Shown: one piece after another, positions 1 to 26,700 of the stretch
Position numbering within the stretch: the stretch's first letter is position 1
Layout of the letters: every line of letters begins with the position of its first letter
Source: Antedon mediterranea
Taxonomy: Eukaryota > Animalia > Echinodermata
Direction of reading: 5' to 3'
DNA length: 64,000 nucleotides
Assembly: GCF_964355755.1 (NCBI RefSeq)
Contig: NC_092672.1
Location: 19,047,237 to 19,111,236, forward strand
Made by a program: the position numbers and the translations under genes
The notes under the pieces: model-generated
Seen by the model: the letters and a program-made list of their open reading frames with translations, nothing else
Database searches by the model: none
What the model was told of the DNA's origin: nothing

Positions 1-46
1 GTGAATTTTAATCCCCACCCATATGTTCTTGAGTCTTTGTCTTTAG

Positions 47-230
47 ATGTTGGAAAGTTTCCCTGATGTAAGATGCATCACAGCCCCCACAATTAAATTT
101 ATAGATGACATGGATTTAAGATCAAAAGGAATTCCTTTGTGCCTAGATCAATGCAGTAAACAAAATTTCATCACCTTAAACATTTTGGTGTCAATCAAGG
201 ACTTACGAAAGCCCTTAACAAAATCCGCAG
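47..230 (+). pseudogene. Possible degenerate LINE reverse-transcriptase fragment
   Basis: ORF reads IKFIDDMDL...LDQCSKQNFITLN, resembling the CR1/L2 RT 'KFVDD' box and the downstream 'W..N.M.LN' motif; short and diverged. Confidence 0.3.
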
Positions 231-1257
231 CAGCAGCAGCTGATGTAAGCTATTTTTAAAAAGTGCAAAAGACGTTTGGCTTGTTTCTAAAATGTATAAG
301 ATACTGTACAATATATATTTTCAATACCACTGTAAATTTGAGAATTTTAACTTTATTTCAACAATACTAGTAAAATATAATCTACACATTATGTACAGCA
401 TACATAAAACCTTAAGAAAAATGCACACTCATTAGTATATAGTATTAGAAGATATTAGATCAAAAAATAAAATAAAAGGTTTAATCATGAACCTTTAAAG
501 TATAGTTTCATGGTTTAATTACTGTAAGAGAATGAGAGAGGAAGTTTTTTTAAAAAAGGCAGACAAGGAACCATATGTAAAAGGAGTAAATAATAAACGA
601 TAGATGGAGCTGCATGGTTGCTATCGCAACCAAAAATTTGTTCAACGCTACTATGTTGATAAACATTATAAATTTGTTTCTATCAAATTATGTATCTTAG
701 CTTGATTTTTTTTTCAACCTAAACTGTAGTTGAAGAATAAATAGATTATTAAAAACAAATATTTATTGATCCTTTGAAATTTTAGTTTGTTTTTATTGAA
801 AATTATTGAAAATTTAAAAGTTTTAAAATGACTACTTTAATAAGCCTATTCCAAACCATTGGTGACCTTGAAGTCACACAGGCAGGTTGAACGTATTTTT
901 TGGTTGACTAGCAACGCAGCGCCACCTACCGTCGTGGCGTCAGCACCGAAGAACTCAAAAGGAAATTGCAATAAGCAACAAAAGGCGGCTGATAAAAAGG
1001 TAAGTGAAATAAACAATTTGAGCTATCTGATGCTGATACCATGGACCTGGTCCAAGCTGATACTATTTCCTAAGTTCCTAATTAAAAGGGCATGGAAACA
1101 CAGTGAAGCCTTCTACCTTGTTATTAACCATACAGTCACCCTATTTTTTAATTGAATTTTGATTTGTAATTCATTGAATTGTTTTCAATATTGTGTTTTT
1201 GATGTCTCTCACATTTGCATGATCATTCATAAATACATGTACAAGTTAAATACTCAC

Positions 1258-15398
<14,141 letters not shown>

Positions 15399-15539
15399 TT
15401 TGAAAAAAACAACTTTTTTTTTAAGCACGATACTTTTTATCTGAGTAAATGACTTCCAAAGAACTGTGTAAAAGAAATTTAAAAATATTTTTTGATTTGC
15501 ACAAGGCATTTATTTTTATTTATTTTATTTTACCTTATT

Positions 15540-15804
15540 TATAGGTGACCCTAAACAGTATGCTTACAATCAAGGAGGCCCTCATGATCAGTTATGATAA
15601 GTGTGTGTGACAGTGGCTGTGCGTATACTACAGTAGTACACCGGGGGTAAGTAACCCCCTATTCATCTCGACAGATGTACTAGGTTATTTATTTAAAGTG
15701 CACAGAGCCAGATGTGTACACTGGACCTACAGTTTATAGTCCTTTCCTTATCCGAGAAGACTTGTTCTACCACCAGAACCATGGACCGAGTGAGACTCGA
15801 GCCC
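15540..15804 (-). mobile_element. Diverged, 5'-truncated Nin/Deu-domain tRNA-SINE copy
   Basis: Aligns by eye with the copies at 41810 and 48605. Confidence 0.8.
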
Positions 15805-16019
15805 GAAAAATGATGGGAGAGGTGTGTCATTTGTCCGATGTGCACCTCTCCTGGGGGTCGTATAGTGGGTCATACAATTGAAAAGTGCATTAGCATTGGC
15901 GCACCATGTTTTTGGCCGTAATGAACATATTATATTTTGTCCTTTGTTTGGCCAAAATGCACTGTGACGAGGCCTCCATCCAGAGCTTCTGACTGGCTCT
16001 CTTTATTTAGGCCCACACT

Positions 16020-16510
16020 CACAGGCTAGGCCTAGCTAGCTAGAGGCAGGTATTCAGCTAGGCTCCTACTACTAGCTACCTAGCCTAGGCCTATATTATT
16101 AGGCTAGAGGTAGGGTAGGCTAGTCTTTAGTCTCTAGTCTATAGGCCTTACTTACTAGGCCTAGCCTAGATCTCTAGAGCCTAGCTTACTCTAGGTAGGG
16201 CCTAGGCTAGCCTCTATCTATCTAGCTAGCCTAGTAAGTAATTAAGTAGGCCTGGGCTAGGGCCTAACTAAGGGGATAACTAAGCTAGGCCTAGCCTAGC
16301 TTACCTATTAGGCTAGGCTAGGAGGAGTAGCCTATAGGCCTAGTAGCCTAGTAAGTAGAGGAGGTAGCCTACTAGCTAGCTAGGCTAGGCCTGGCTGGCA
16401 TAAAATAGTATCACATCAGTATAGTAAGTAGGCCTAGGCCTAGGCTCCTTACTAGCCAATCATCTAAAAAATTAGCGTCGACACCAACAGTCCTGTAGGC
16501 CTAGGCCTAA
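16020..16510. repeat. CTAG/AGGCCT-rich low-complexity tract
   Basis: Dozens of TAGGCCTA, GCTAGC and CCTAGG palindromic words. Confidence 0.85.
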
Positions 16511-16722
16511 AACGAATATTTTACAAATACAGAAAAGAGATAATAGTATACCTACAATTTAGCGGTACTTCATGTTACCGTTTAAAAGCTGGAAACTAAT
16601 GTAGCAATCAAGTTTGTTATCGATTATTAATAATTACCGTAAGTATACACCCTCTCTCGGCCTCTCTCTCCTCACTACTCTTCATCATCACTACTCTAGC
16701 CAGCCAGGTATATAAACTATAC

Positions 16723-18390
16723 CAAAGAATATATATCACAAGAAGGAGTAATCCGCGATTTTCCCTGTAACAGTAATATTGTCCATGTGGTAGTGCGCCG
16801 CCATAAGTGTGGATGTATCTGGGATGTATACAACTTTTTGTGACGGTTTCACTAATCAAAGGCTGGACCACCGGTAGTATTTTCATGATAAAAAATGTTA
16901 TCAACTACATGCCAACATCATGTTAAATACTATTTGGATATTTAATTGTTCGTTTTATGCAATTTATTTAGTAAAAACTGCCGTATAAACAGTTTGCTTT
17001 ATCAACCGGGCGCTACGATAGCGTGACCGGGCGTGTTAGTGTTTACGCGTTTTCACGAAGGATAGTTTAATAATATTCCTATATTTAACTTGTTTCTGGT
17101 AAAACAAAATAAATGTTAACGACTTTTAACATTTTGTCCTATTAATAACATGTATTTTATACTAATTTATATCATAAAAACAATACTTAATTTACCGGGC
17201 GTAGAGTAGTACAGGGCAATGGTAAAGAATAGGCCGTGCTGAGTAACGATTCGTTGATTTTTGGTGTTGCTGTGTTAGGCCTTTTTTGTGAACTAACTTA
17301 GCATGTTAGTAAATAATTGTCTGTAAAAGTGAATGTACACTAGTTTGTTAATAAATATGTATTATAAAATAGTTTGCAATTGCAAAAACTATTATCATAA
17401 TTCTATTTAATGTGACATGTATAATATCTATTAAATCAAGTAAAAAAAAACCATTTATTTGTTCAACAATGGCATTATATACAGTATAATAATTATATAT
17501 AGATGTGTACATAAATGAAAACATTAGTAATAAGCCATCATTTGGGGTCTTCTCTAGAAGAAATCAAGTTTCTTGTCTCGAGAAAGACCCCAGAAACAAT
17601 ACACATACGTCATTTAAACTAATACAATTTACTACATAAAATAATAAATAAAAACGATGAAATAAAAATAGATACTTTCAGTGTACTACAATCATAATAA
17701 TATTAAAATTAGTATAAAGAAATAAGATATTTTTTTTTTAAATTTTTACGAAAAGTATAAAGAGATTTAAAATGCTTTAGTTTGTCATCAAGATCATTCC
17801 AGATTCGCGTTCCTGAAACAGAAATAAAATATTCGAAAATTTTCAGTCTAAAAGGAGGTACATCAAGATACTGAAATTTATTGTCGATACGTAAATTGTA
17901 CTTGTGTGATTTTGTATGATGACTTAATAGATTAGACATTGTCACAGGGAGTTTGGTATTAAAGAATTGAAAAATAAAGGAAGCAATTTGTGTTGTAAAT
18001 AGATCATGTAGACTAAGAATATTGAGTTTTTTAAGTAAAGGTTGGGAAGGGGCGAGATAGTGAGAGAAAGTAATAATACGGGCAGCACGTTTAATTTGTT
18101 TATTAAGTTTTTCTAAATTTGATGGGTAGTCGGCTGCCCAAATAATGTTGCAATAAAGAAGATGAGGTTGTATAAGGGTGTTATATTACAAGAGTAAGAT
18201 ATGTTGTGGAAAAAATTGTGTTAATTTACAAAGGATGCCAATTACTTTAGATATCTTTTTAGATACATACGCTTATTTAGTATGTATACATCCGCCCTTA
18301 TGAGGGCGGGCATCACTCACTGGAGCTCTCTGTTACAAATTTCTCATGCAAAAATCGCGGAATACTCATTCTTGTGATATATATTCTTTG
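16723..18390 (-). mobile_element. P-element-type MITE (copy of 36418-37239) interrupted by a LINE fragment
   Basis: TIR CAAAGAATATATATCACAAGAA; 7-bp TSD ACTATAC. Confidence 0.88.
17442..18271 (-). mobile_element. 3' fragment of a CR1/L2-group (Crack-like) LINE
   Basis: Translates to ..KKISKVIGIL..YNTLIQPHLLYCNIIWA..KRAARII..H.YNLR..GTRIWNDL..FRKNLKK; 3' stem-loop at 17543-17590; absent from the sister MITE. Confidence 0.85.
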
Positions 18391-18600
18391 ACTATACCAA
18401 ACTGGCGAGTAAATCATGTTTTACTTTTTAAACCTCGCAACGTCTGGTTGAAAAGGCTACTCGGACCAATAATTTCTATTAGCCTAGGGGTTATTGCGAT
18501 TTGGACGTTTCTGATTGGCTGTAGCCATGGACTATATTGATTAACACTGTTCTGATTGGTTGTAGCTTTGAATACATCTTCTCGGAACTCGTCCTTAATA

Positions 18601-19990
18601 CAATAGCAATTTAGCACAGTGTTTTACTATAATTAAATAGCAATTTAGGTAAATGTCTTTTGAAATGAAATTAAATAAATTATAACCAATTTGGTTAGAG
18701 TAAAACACAATGATAAAGAATAGGAATTTAATAATATGATAAATTACATTTACATAGCAATTTAGCACTGTGTTTTACTATAACCAATTTGGTTAGAGTA
18801 AAACACAATGATAAAGAATAAGAAACATTTAATAACATGATAAATGACATTTAGCAATTTAGCACTGTGTTTTACTATAACCAATTTGGTTAGAGTAAAG
18901 CACAATGATAAAGAATAGGAAACATTTAATAACATGATAAATGACATTCACATAGCAATTTAGCACTGTGTTTTACTATAACCAATCAGATTAGAGTAAA
19001 ACACAATGATAAAGAATAGGAAACATTTAATAATATGATATATAACATTTACATAGCAATTTAGCACTGTGTTTTACTATAACCAATTTGATTAGAGTAA
19101 AACACAACGATAAAGAATAGGAAACATTTAATAACATGATAAATTACATTTACATAGCAATTTATCACTGTGTTTTACTATAACCAATTTGGTTAGAGTA
19201 AAACACAATGATAAAGAATAAGAAACATTTAATAACATGATAAATGACATTTACATAGCAATTTAGCACTGTGTTTTACTATAACCAATTTGGTTAGAGT
19301 AAAGCACAATGATAAAGAATAGGAAACATTTAATAACATGATAAATGACATTCACATAGCAATTTAGCACTGTGTTTTACTATAACCAATCAGATTAGAG
19401 TAAAACACAATGATAAAGAATAGGAAACATTTAATAATATGATATATAACATTTACATAGCAATTTAGCACTGTGTTTTACTATAACCAATTTGATTAGA
19501 GTAAAACTCAACGATAAAGAATAGGAAACATTTAATAACATGATAAATTACATTTACATAGCAATTTATCACTGTGTTTTACTATAACCAATTTGGTTAG
19601 AGTAAAACACAATGATAAAGAATAGGAAACATTTAATAATATGATAAATTACATTTACATAGCAATTTATCACTGTGTTTTACTATAACCAATTTGGTTA
19701 GAGTAAAACACAATGATAAAGAATAGGAATTTAATAATTATGATAATAACATTTACATAGCAATTTAGCACTGTGTTTTACTATAACCAATTTGGTTATG
19801 GTAAAGCACAATGATAAAGAATAGGAAACATTTAAAAATATGATAAATGACATTCACATAGCAATTTAGCACTGTGTTTTACTATACCAATTTGATTAGA
19901 GTAAAACACAATGATAAAGAATATGAAACATTTAATAATATGATAAATTGCTAGCACTGTGTTTTACTATACCAATTTAGTTTTGGATAA
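18601..19990 (-). repeat. Left array of ~100-bp palindromic satellite (~14 units)
   Basis: Reverse complement of the array at 23800-28594. Confidence 0.95.
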
Positions 19991-20371
19991 AGAATATGAA
20001 TTTAAAGAATGGATATAATATGATATGATACAATATGATTTTCTCCCAATTAGTAAGACATTTTGGAATACTGCGTGCGTAGTGCACCTAACAAGATCAT
20101 GTTCGCTATTTAAAACTCACATTTTAAAACCGTAAACGCATAAATTTGCGGACATACTCGTAAAACACACTTCCAGAGATTTAATAATTTTAACAGTACT
20201 ACAAAATCCATAATATAAAGTATAGTATAGATTTGTACAAAAAGAGCAGAACAATTAAATTAACTGTCATTACATCTACTGAACTGTCTCATTACATCTA
20301 CTGAAAAATTCATCGCGATGAATTTATTTATAATACACCAATCAGATCACACGCAATTAGTATGGAATGCC

Positions 20372-21272
20372 AGTTTAGGCGATGATAAAATCGCGTCGAT
20401 GATGCAATGAAAATTGCGTCGATGTGATGAAAATTGCGTCGATGAATATAGTATTGATGTAATGATGTGATGAACATTGCCTCGATGAAAATTGCGTTAA
20501 TGTGATGAAAATTGCGTTAATGTGATGAAAATTGCGTCGATGAAAATTGCGTCGATGAAAACTGCATCGATGAAAACTGCATCGATGAAAAAAATAATAA
20601 TTTTCATCGATGCAGTTTTCATCGATGAAAATTGCGATCTCCCTGCCGGTATGATTTGAATATGATGTCATGGATGCTGGACATCTGGATTTTATGTACT
20701 GAACTGGTGGATTAACGGAAGCAATTAGCTAGAAGATATAATGTGTCCGAAAGGACAATAATGGATCCATTGCTAAAATGTGTTGACAATAAATCACTAA
20801 AATGTTAATCAGTGCATATATTTCAACATTGTTTTAGTGCGCGATCACTGTGCGCTTGTCTATAACGCGCGCTAGCGCAAGCGGTAAACATGTTTATCAT
20901 ATCAAAATATTCAGAAACCGTCAATTTTTAGCAACATAATAACATTATTAACATCATTATTAACATCATCATTTACTTTACTAGTAGTCATTTTCATCAT
21001 TGATTGAATTAAAACCATTTGGAATTTTCATAATCAATTAAATTCATCACATCAATTTTCATCGATGCAGTTTTCATCGACGCAATTTTCATCGATGCAG
21101 TTTTCATCGACGCAATTTTCATCGACGCAATTTTCATCGATGCAATTTTCATCGACGCAATGTAAATTGCGTCGACGCAATCTACATTGCATCGACGCAA
21201 TCTACATTGCGTCGATGCAATTTTCATCGACGCAATTTCATCATCGACGCAATTTTTATCATCGCCAAAAAC
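20372..21272. mobile_element. Small foldback/Mutator-like element with 15-bp tandem repeats in inverted arms
   Basis: GATGAAAATTGCGTC repeats at 20378-20640, inverted at 21050-21265; ends GGCGATGATAAAA...TTTTATCATCGCC; no TSD recognised. Confidence 0.65.
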
Positions 21273-21919
21273 TTGTGTAAAACGGCGTTCCATAAGTGAC
21301 GAATCGCATATTCGCCGTTTATTGTTGAGGCGCGTAAACAGTGTGCGCAATGCACGTTTTCTTCCCATGACGAGACGAATCGATATTCGACTCTTCGTGT
21401 GACGAATAATCGCCAAATTATAATTAATATAATTAATTAATGAAATAAGATACGCAGTTGATGTTTGCATCAATTGTTCTTTAGAATAAATACTTTCGAA
21501 ATACAAAACAAAAAATGTGTGGTGAGTGACGATATGTTCAATCATGGACCTATCAATTACTAATTTATAGGTCCATGATTCAATATCTGTAGCTTCAATT
21601 CAAACATAATGTAACAGAAAATTCGAAGCGTAAAAAACGTTCGTTTACACAACACTTTTTTTAATACTTTATTATTGATTATTATATTATACAGGAATAC
21701 TATTTATTTCCTCATTTCTACCCAAGAATAAACAATTTTTGGATACAAAACTTTATGTGAATTACATTACCAAAATATTAAAATGAGGATAAAAAAACAT
21801 CGCGTAAAATACTCGTACTCAAAAGCTTCTGAAATTTGTAGATATATGTCATGAAAAAGAAATTTGACATTCCCAATAATTTTTTTTGGCAAAAATGTAA
21901 TATATGAAACATACAATTT

Positions 21920-23700
21920 ACATAGTTTATCATTGTTTTTTATTAGAACCAATATGGTTACACAGTTAAACATAGTGATAAAGAATAGATACTTGTTAGG
22001 TTACTACCCTACCCTCTAGTTTGAAGCGACATTATAAATTCATCGAGAAAAAAAACGTATCGTATTCAGAAACGTTTGACATTTTGTATAGATATGTTCA
22101 ATAAGACAAAACAAATTATAAATTTCAAGACAAATCGATGATTTCCATTATTTGCATTTCAAAAAATTCACACTTATGAAAGACCATTTATTTTCAACAT
22201 TTCCTTTTTTCTGTGTACCGAGTTTAGAAACTTTTTGAATACCAGACGTATTTTTTTGTGATGCTTTTTCATTTGAATTGTAGTATAAAATGTCATTGAA
22301 ACGAGATAAAAATCATACAAGACATGTTATAATAGGTTGCTCTATATACATAACAAAATTAGTTCTTTTTTTTGGTAAGAATCGCCAATGAAGTAGAAAG
22401 TTATTTCAGATGTAGTGTGCATTTATACGTCATTAATAGTAGGCCTAAAATATAATATTAAATATTATAAAGAATATCAAACATTTTATGTTATGAAAAA
22501 TAAAATTGACATATAAGTTTATCATTGTGTTTTACTATAACCATTTTGGTTAAAAGTTAAACACAGTGAGTGATAAAGAATAGAACTGTTTTAGTTTATT
22601 TAACCCTAACCCTAGTTTGAAGCGATCACATTATTTAATATTCATCGCTAAAAATACGTATCGTCTTAAAAAACGTTTGATATTTGGTAGATATGTTCAA
22701 TATAGGTTCTTACATCTATAATGCAAAAGAAATATCCTAATAGTTTTATTTTGATTTCTGAGAATCATCAATGAAGTAAAAATGTGTTGGAAATGTATTG
22801 TCTTTCATAAGTGTAAATGTTTAGAAATGCAAATTATTAAAATCACGAATTTGTCTTGAAACTTTTATTTTTTGTTTGTTTTATAGACGTAAGAACCTAT
22901 TGAACATATTTACCAAATTTCAAATGTTTCTGAATACGATACGTATTTTTTCGCGATGAATTAAGTATGTGATCGCTTCAAACTAGGGTTAGAGTTATAT
23001 AACCTAAAACAGTGTCTATTCTTTATCATTGTGTTTAACTGTGTAACCAAATTGGTTCTGTAAAACAAGATGATAAACTATGTAACTTGTATTTATTATT
23101 ATTACATTATATGTATCCTATAATGTAATATTAAAAATAAAATGTACATAGTTTATCATTGTGTTGTACTAAAACCAATTTGGTTAAAAGTTAAACACAG
23201 TGTTAAAGAATGAACTGTTAGGTTATTTAACCCTAACCCTAGTTTGAAGCGATCACATACTTAATTCATCGATAAAAATACGTATCGTCTTAAAAAACGT
23301 TTGAAATTTGGTACATGTTCAATATAGGTTCTTACATCTATAATGTAAAAGAAATATCATAATTTGTTTTATTTTGATTTCTGGGAATCATCAATGAAGT
23401 AAAAATTTGTTGGAAAATGTATGGTATTTCATAAGTGTACATTTTTAGAAATGCAAATTATTAAAATCACGAATTTTTTGTGAAATTTATATTTTTTGTT
23501 TGTTTTATAGACGTAAGAACCTATTAAACATATCTAACAAATTTCAAAAGTTTCTAAATACGATACGTACTTTTTCGCGATGAATTTATTATGTCGCTTC
23601 AAACTAGGGTTAGGGTTATATAACCTAAAACAGTATCTATTCTTTATCACTGTGTTTAACTGTGTCACCAAATTGGTTCTGTAAAACAAGATGATAAACT
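21920..23700. repeat. Tandem ~627-bp units, each an inverted repeat
   Basis: Arms 22516-22720/22882-23080 and 23150-23342/23505-23700; partial arm at 21923-22105. Confidence 0.8.
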
Positions 23701-23799
23701 ATGTAACTTGTATTTATTATATTATTACATTATATGTATCCTATTCTTTTCATAACGTTTAGATAATAAGATATGTTTAATATAATATTTTGCTATGTA

Positions 23800-26700
23800 A
23801 ATAATATCATATAATAAATGTTTCATTATCATTGTGTTTTACTGTAACCAAATTGGCTATAGTAAAACACAATACTAAATTTGTATGTAAATGTATCATA
23901 TTATTATATGTTTCCTATTCTTAATTTGTGTTTTACTGTATCCAGCACAGTGCTAAATATCATTTATCATAGTTAAAATGTTTTACTCTAACCAAATTGG
24001 TTATAGTAAAACACAGTGATAAATTACTATGTAAATGTCATTTATCATATTATTAAATGTTTCATATTCTTTATCATTGTGCTTTACTCTAATCAAATTG
24101 GTTATAGTAAAACACAGTGCTAAATTTCTATGTGAATGTCATTTATCATGTTATTAAATGTTTCCTATTCTTTATCATTGTGTTTTACTCTAACCAAATT
24201 GGTTATAGTAAAACACAGTGCTAAATTGCTATGTAATGACATTTATCATATTATTAAATGTTTCCTATTCTATATCATTGTGCTTTACCATAACCAAATT
24301 GGTTATAGTAAAACATTGTGCTAAATTGCTAGCTATGTAAATAATCCTTATTATTAAATGTTTCCTATTCTTTGTCATTGTGTTTTACTCTAACCAAATT
24401 GGTTATAGTAAAACACAGTGCTAAATTGCTATGTAATGACATTTATCATATTATTAAATGTTTCCTATTCTATATCATTGTGCTTTACCATAACCAAATT
24501 GGTTATAGTAAAACATGGTGCTAAATTGCTATGTAAATAATCATTATTATTAAATGTTTCCTATTCTATATCATTGTGCTTTACCATAACCAAATTGGTT
24601 ATAGTAAAACACAGTGATAAATTGCTATGTAAATGTCATTTATCATATTATTAAATGTTTCCTATTCTTTATCATTATGTTTTACTTTAACCAAATTGGT
24701 TATAGTAAAACACAGTGCTAAATTGCTATGTAAATGTCATTTATCATATTATTAAATGTTTCCTATTCTATATCATTGTGCTTTACCATAACAAAATTGG
24801 TTATAGTAAAACACAGTGATAAATTGCTATGTAAATGTCATTTATCATATTATTAAATGTTTCCTATTCTATATCATTGTGTTTTACTATAACCAAATTG
24901 GTTATAGTAAAACACAGTGCTAAATTGCTATGTAAATAATCATTATTATTAAATATTTCCTATTCTTTATCATTGTGTTTTACTCTAACCAAATTGGTTA
25001 TAGTAAAACACAGTGCTAAATTGCTATGTAAATTTCATATATCATATTATTAAATTCCTATTCTTTATCATTCTGCTTTACTTTAACCAAATTGGTTATA
25101 GTAAAACACAGTGCTAAATTGCTATGTAAATGTCATTTATCATATTATTAAGTGTTTCCTATTCTTTGTCATTGTGTTTTACTCTAACCAAATTGGTTAT
25201 AGTAAAACACAGTGCTAAATTGCTATGTAATGACATTTATCATATTATTAAATGTTTCCTATTCTATATCATTGTGCTTTACCATAACCAAATTGGTTAT
25301 AGTAAAACATGGTGCTAAATTGCTATGTAAATAATCATTATTATTAAATGTTTCCTATTTTATATCATTGTGCTTTACCATAACCAAATTGGTTATAGTA
25401 AAACACAGTGATAAATTGCTATGTAAATGTCATTTATCATAATTATTATTAAATGTTTCCTATTCTATATCATTGTGTTTTACTATAACCAAATTGGTTA
25501 TAGTAAAACACAGTGCTAAATTGCTATGTAAATAATCATTATTATTAAATATTTCCTATTCTTTATCATTGTGTTTTACTCTAACCAAATTGGTTATAGT
25601 AAAACACAGTGCTAAATTGCTATGTAAATGTCATATATCATATTATTAAATTCCTATTCTTTATCATTCTGCTTTACTTTAACCAAATTGGTTATAGTAA
25701 AACACAGTGCTAAATTGCTATGTAAATGTCATTTATCATATTATTAAGTGTTTCCTATTCTTTGTCATTGTGTTTTACTCTAACCAAATTGGTTATAGTA
25801 AAACACAGTGCTAAATTGCTATGTAATGACATTTATCATATTATTAAATGTTTCCTATTCTATATCATTGTGCTTTACCATAACCAAATTGGTTATAGTA
25901 AAACATGGTGCTAAATTGCTATGTAAATAATCATTATTATTAAATGTTTCCTATTCTATATCATTGTGCTTTACCATAACCAAATTGGTTATAGTAAAAC
26001 ACAGTGATAAATTGCTATGTAAATGTCATTTATCATATTATTAAATGTTTCCTATTCTTTATCATTATGTTTTACTTTAACCAAATTGGTTATAGTAAAA
26101 CACAGTGCTAAATTGCTATGTAAATGTCATTTATCATATTATTAAATGTTTCCTATTCTATATCATTGTGCTTTACCATAACCAAATTGGTTATAGTAAA
26201 ACACAGTGATAAATTGCTATGTAAATGTCATTTATCATATTATTAAATGTTTCCTATTCTATATCATTGTGTTTTACTATAACCAAATTGGTTATAGTAA
26301 AACACAGTGCTAAATTGCTATGTAAATAATCATTATTATTAAATATTTCCTATTCTTTATCATTGTGTTTTACTCTAACCAAATTGGTTATAGTAAAACA
26401 CAGTGCTAAATTGCTATGTAAATGTCATATATCATATTATTAAATTCCTATTCTTTATCATTCTGCTTTACTTTAACCAAATTGGTTATAGTAAAACACA
26501 GTGCTAAATTGCTATGTAAATGTCATTTATCATATTATTAAGTGTTTCCTATTCTTTATCATTGTGTTTTACTTTAACCAAATTGGTTATAGTAAAACAC
26601 AGTGCTAAATTGCTATGTAAATGTCATTTATCAAATTATTAAATGTTTCCTATTCTATATCATTGTGTTTTACTCTAACCAAATTGGTTATAGTAAAACA

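Noticed and set aside
16617-16904. Duplicated small gene (also 37058..37240)
   Set aside because: Both ORFs lie largely within copies of the same MITE end.
22604-23616. Interstitial telomere (TTAGGG)
   Set aside because: Only about two units per site, embedded in the palindromic unit.
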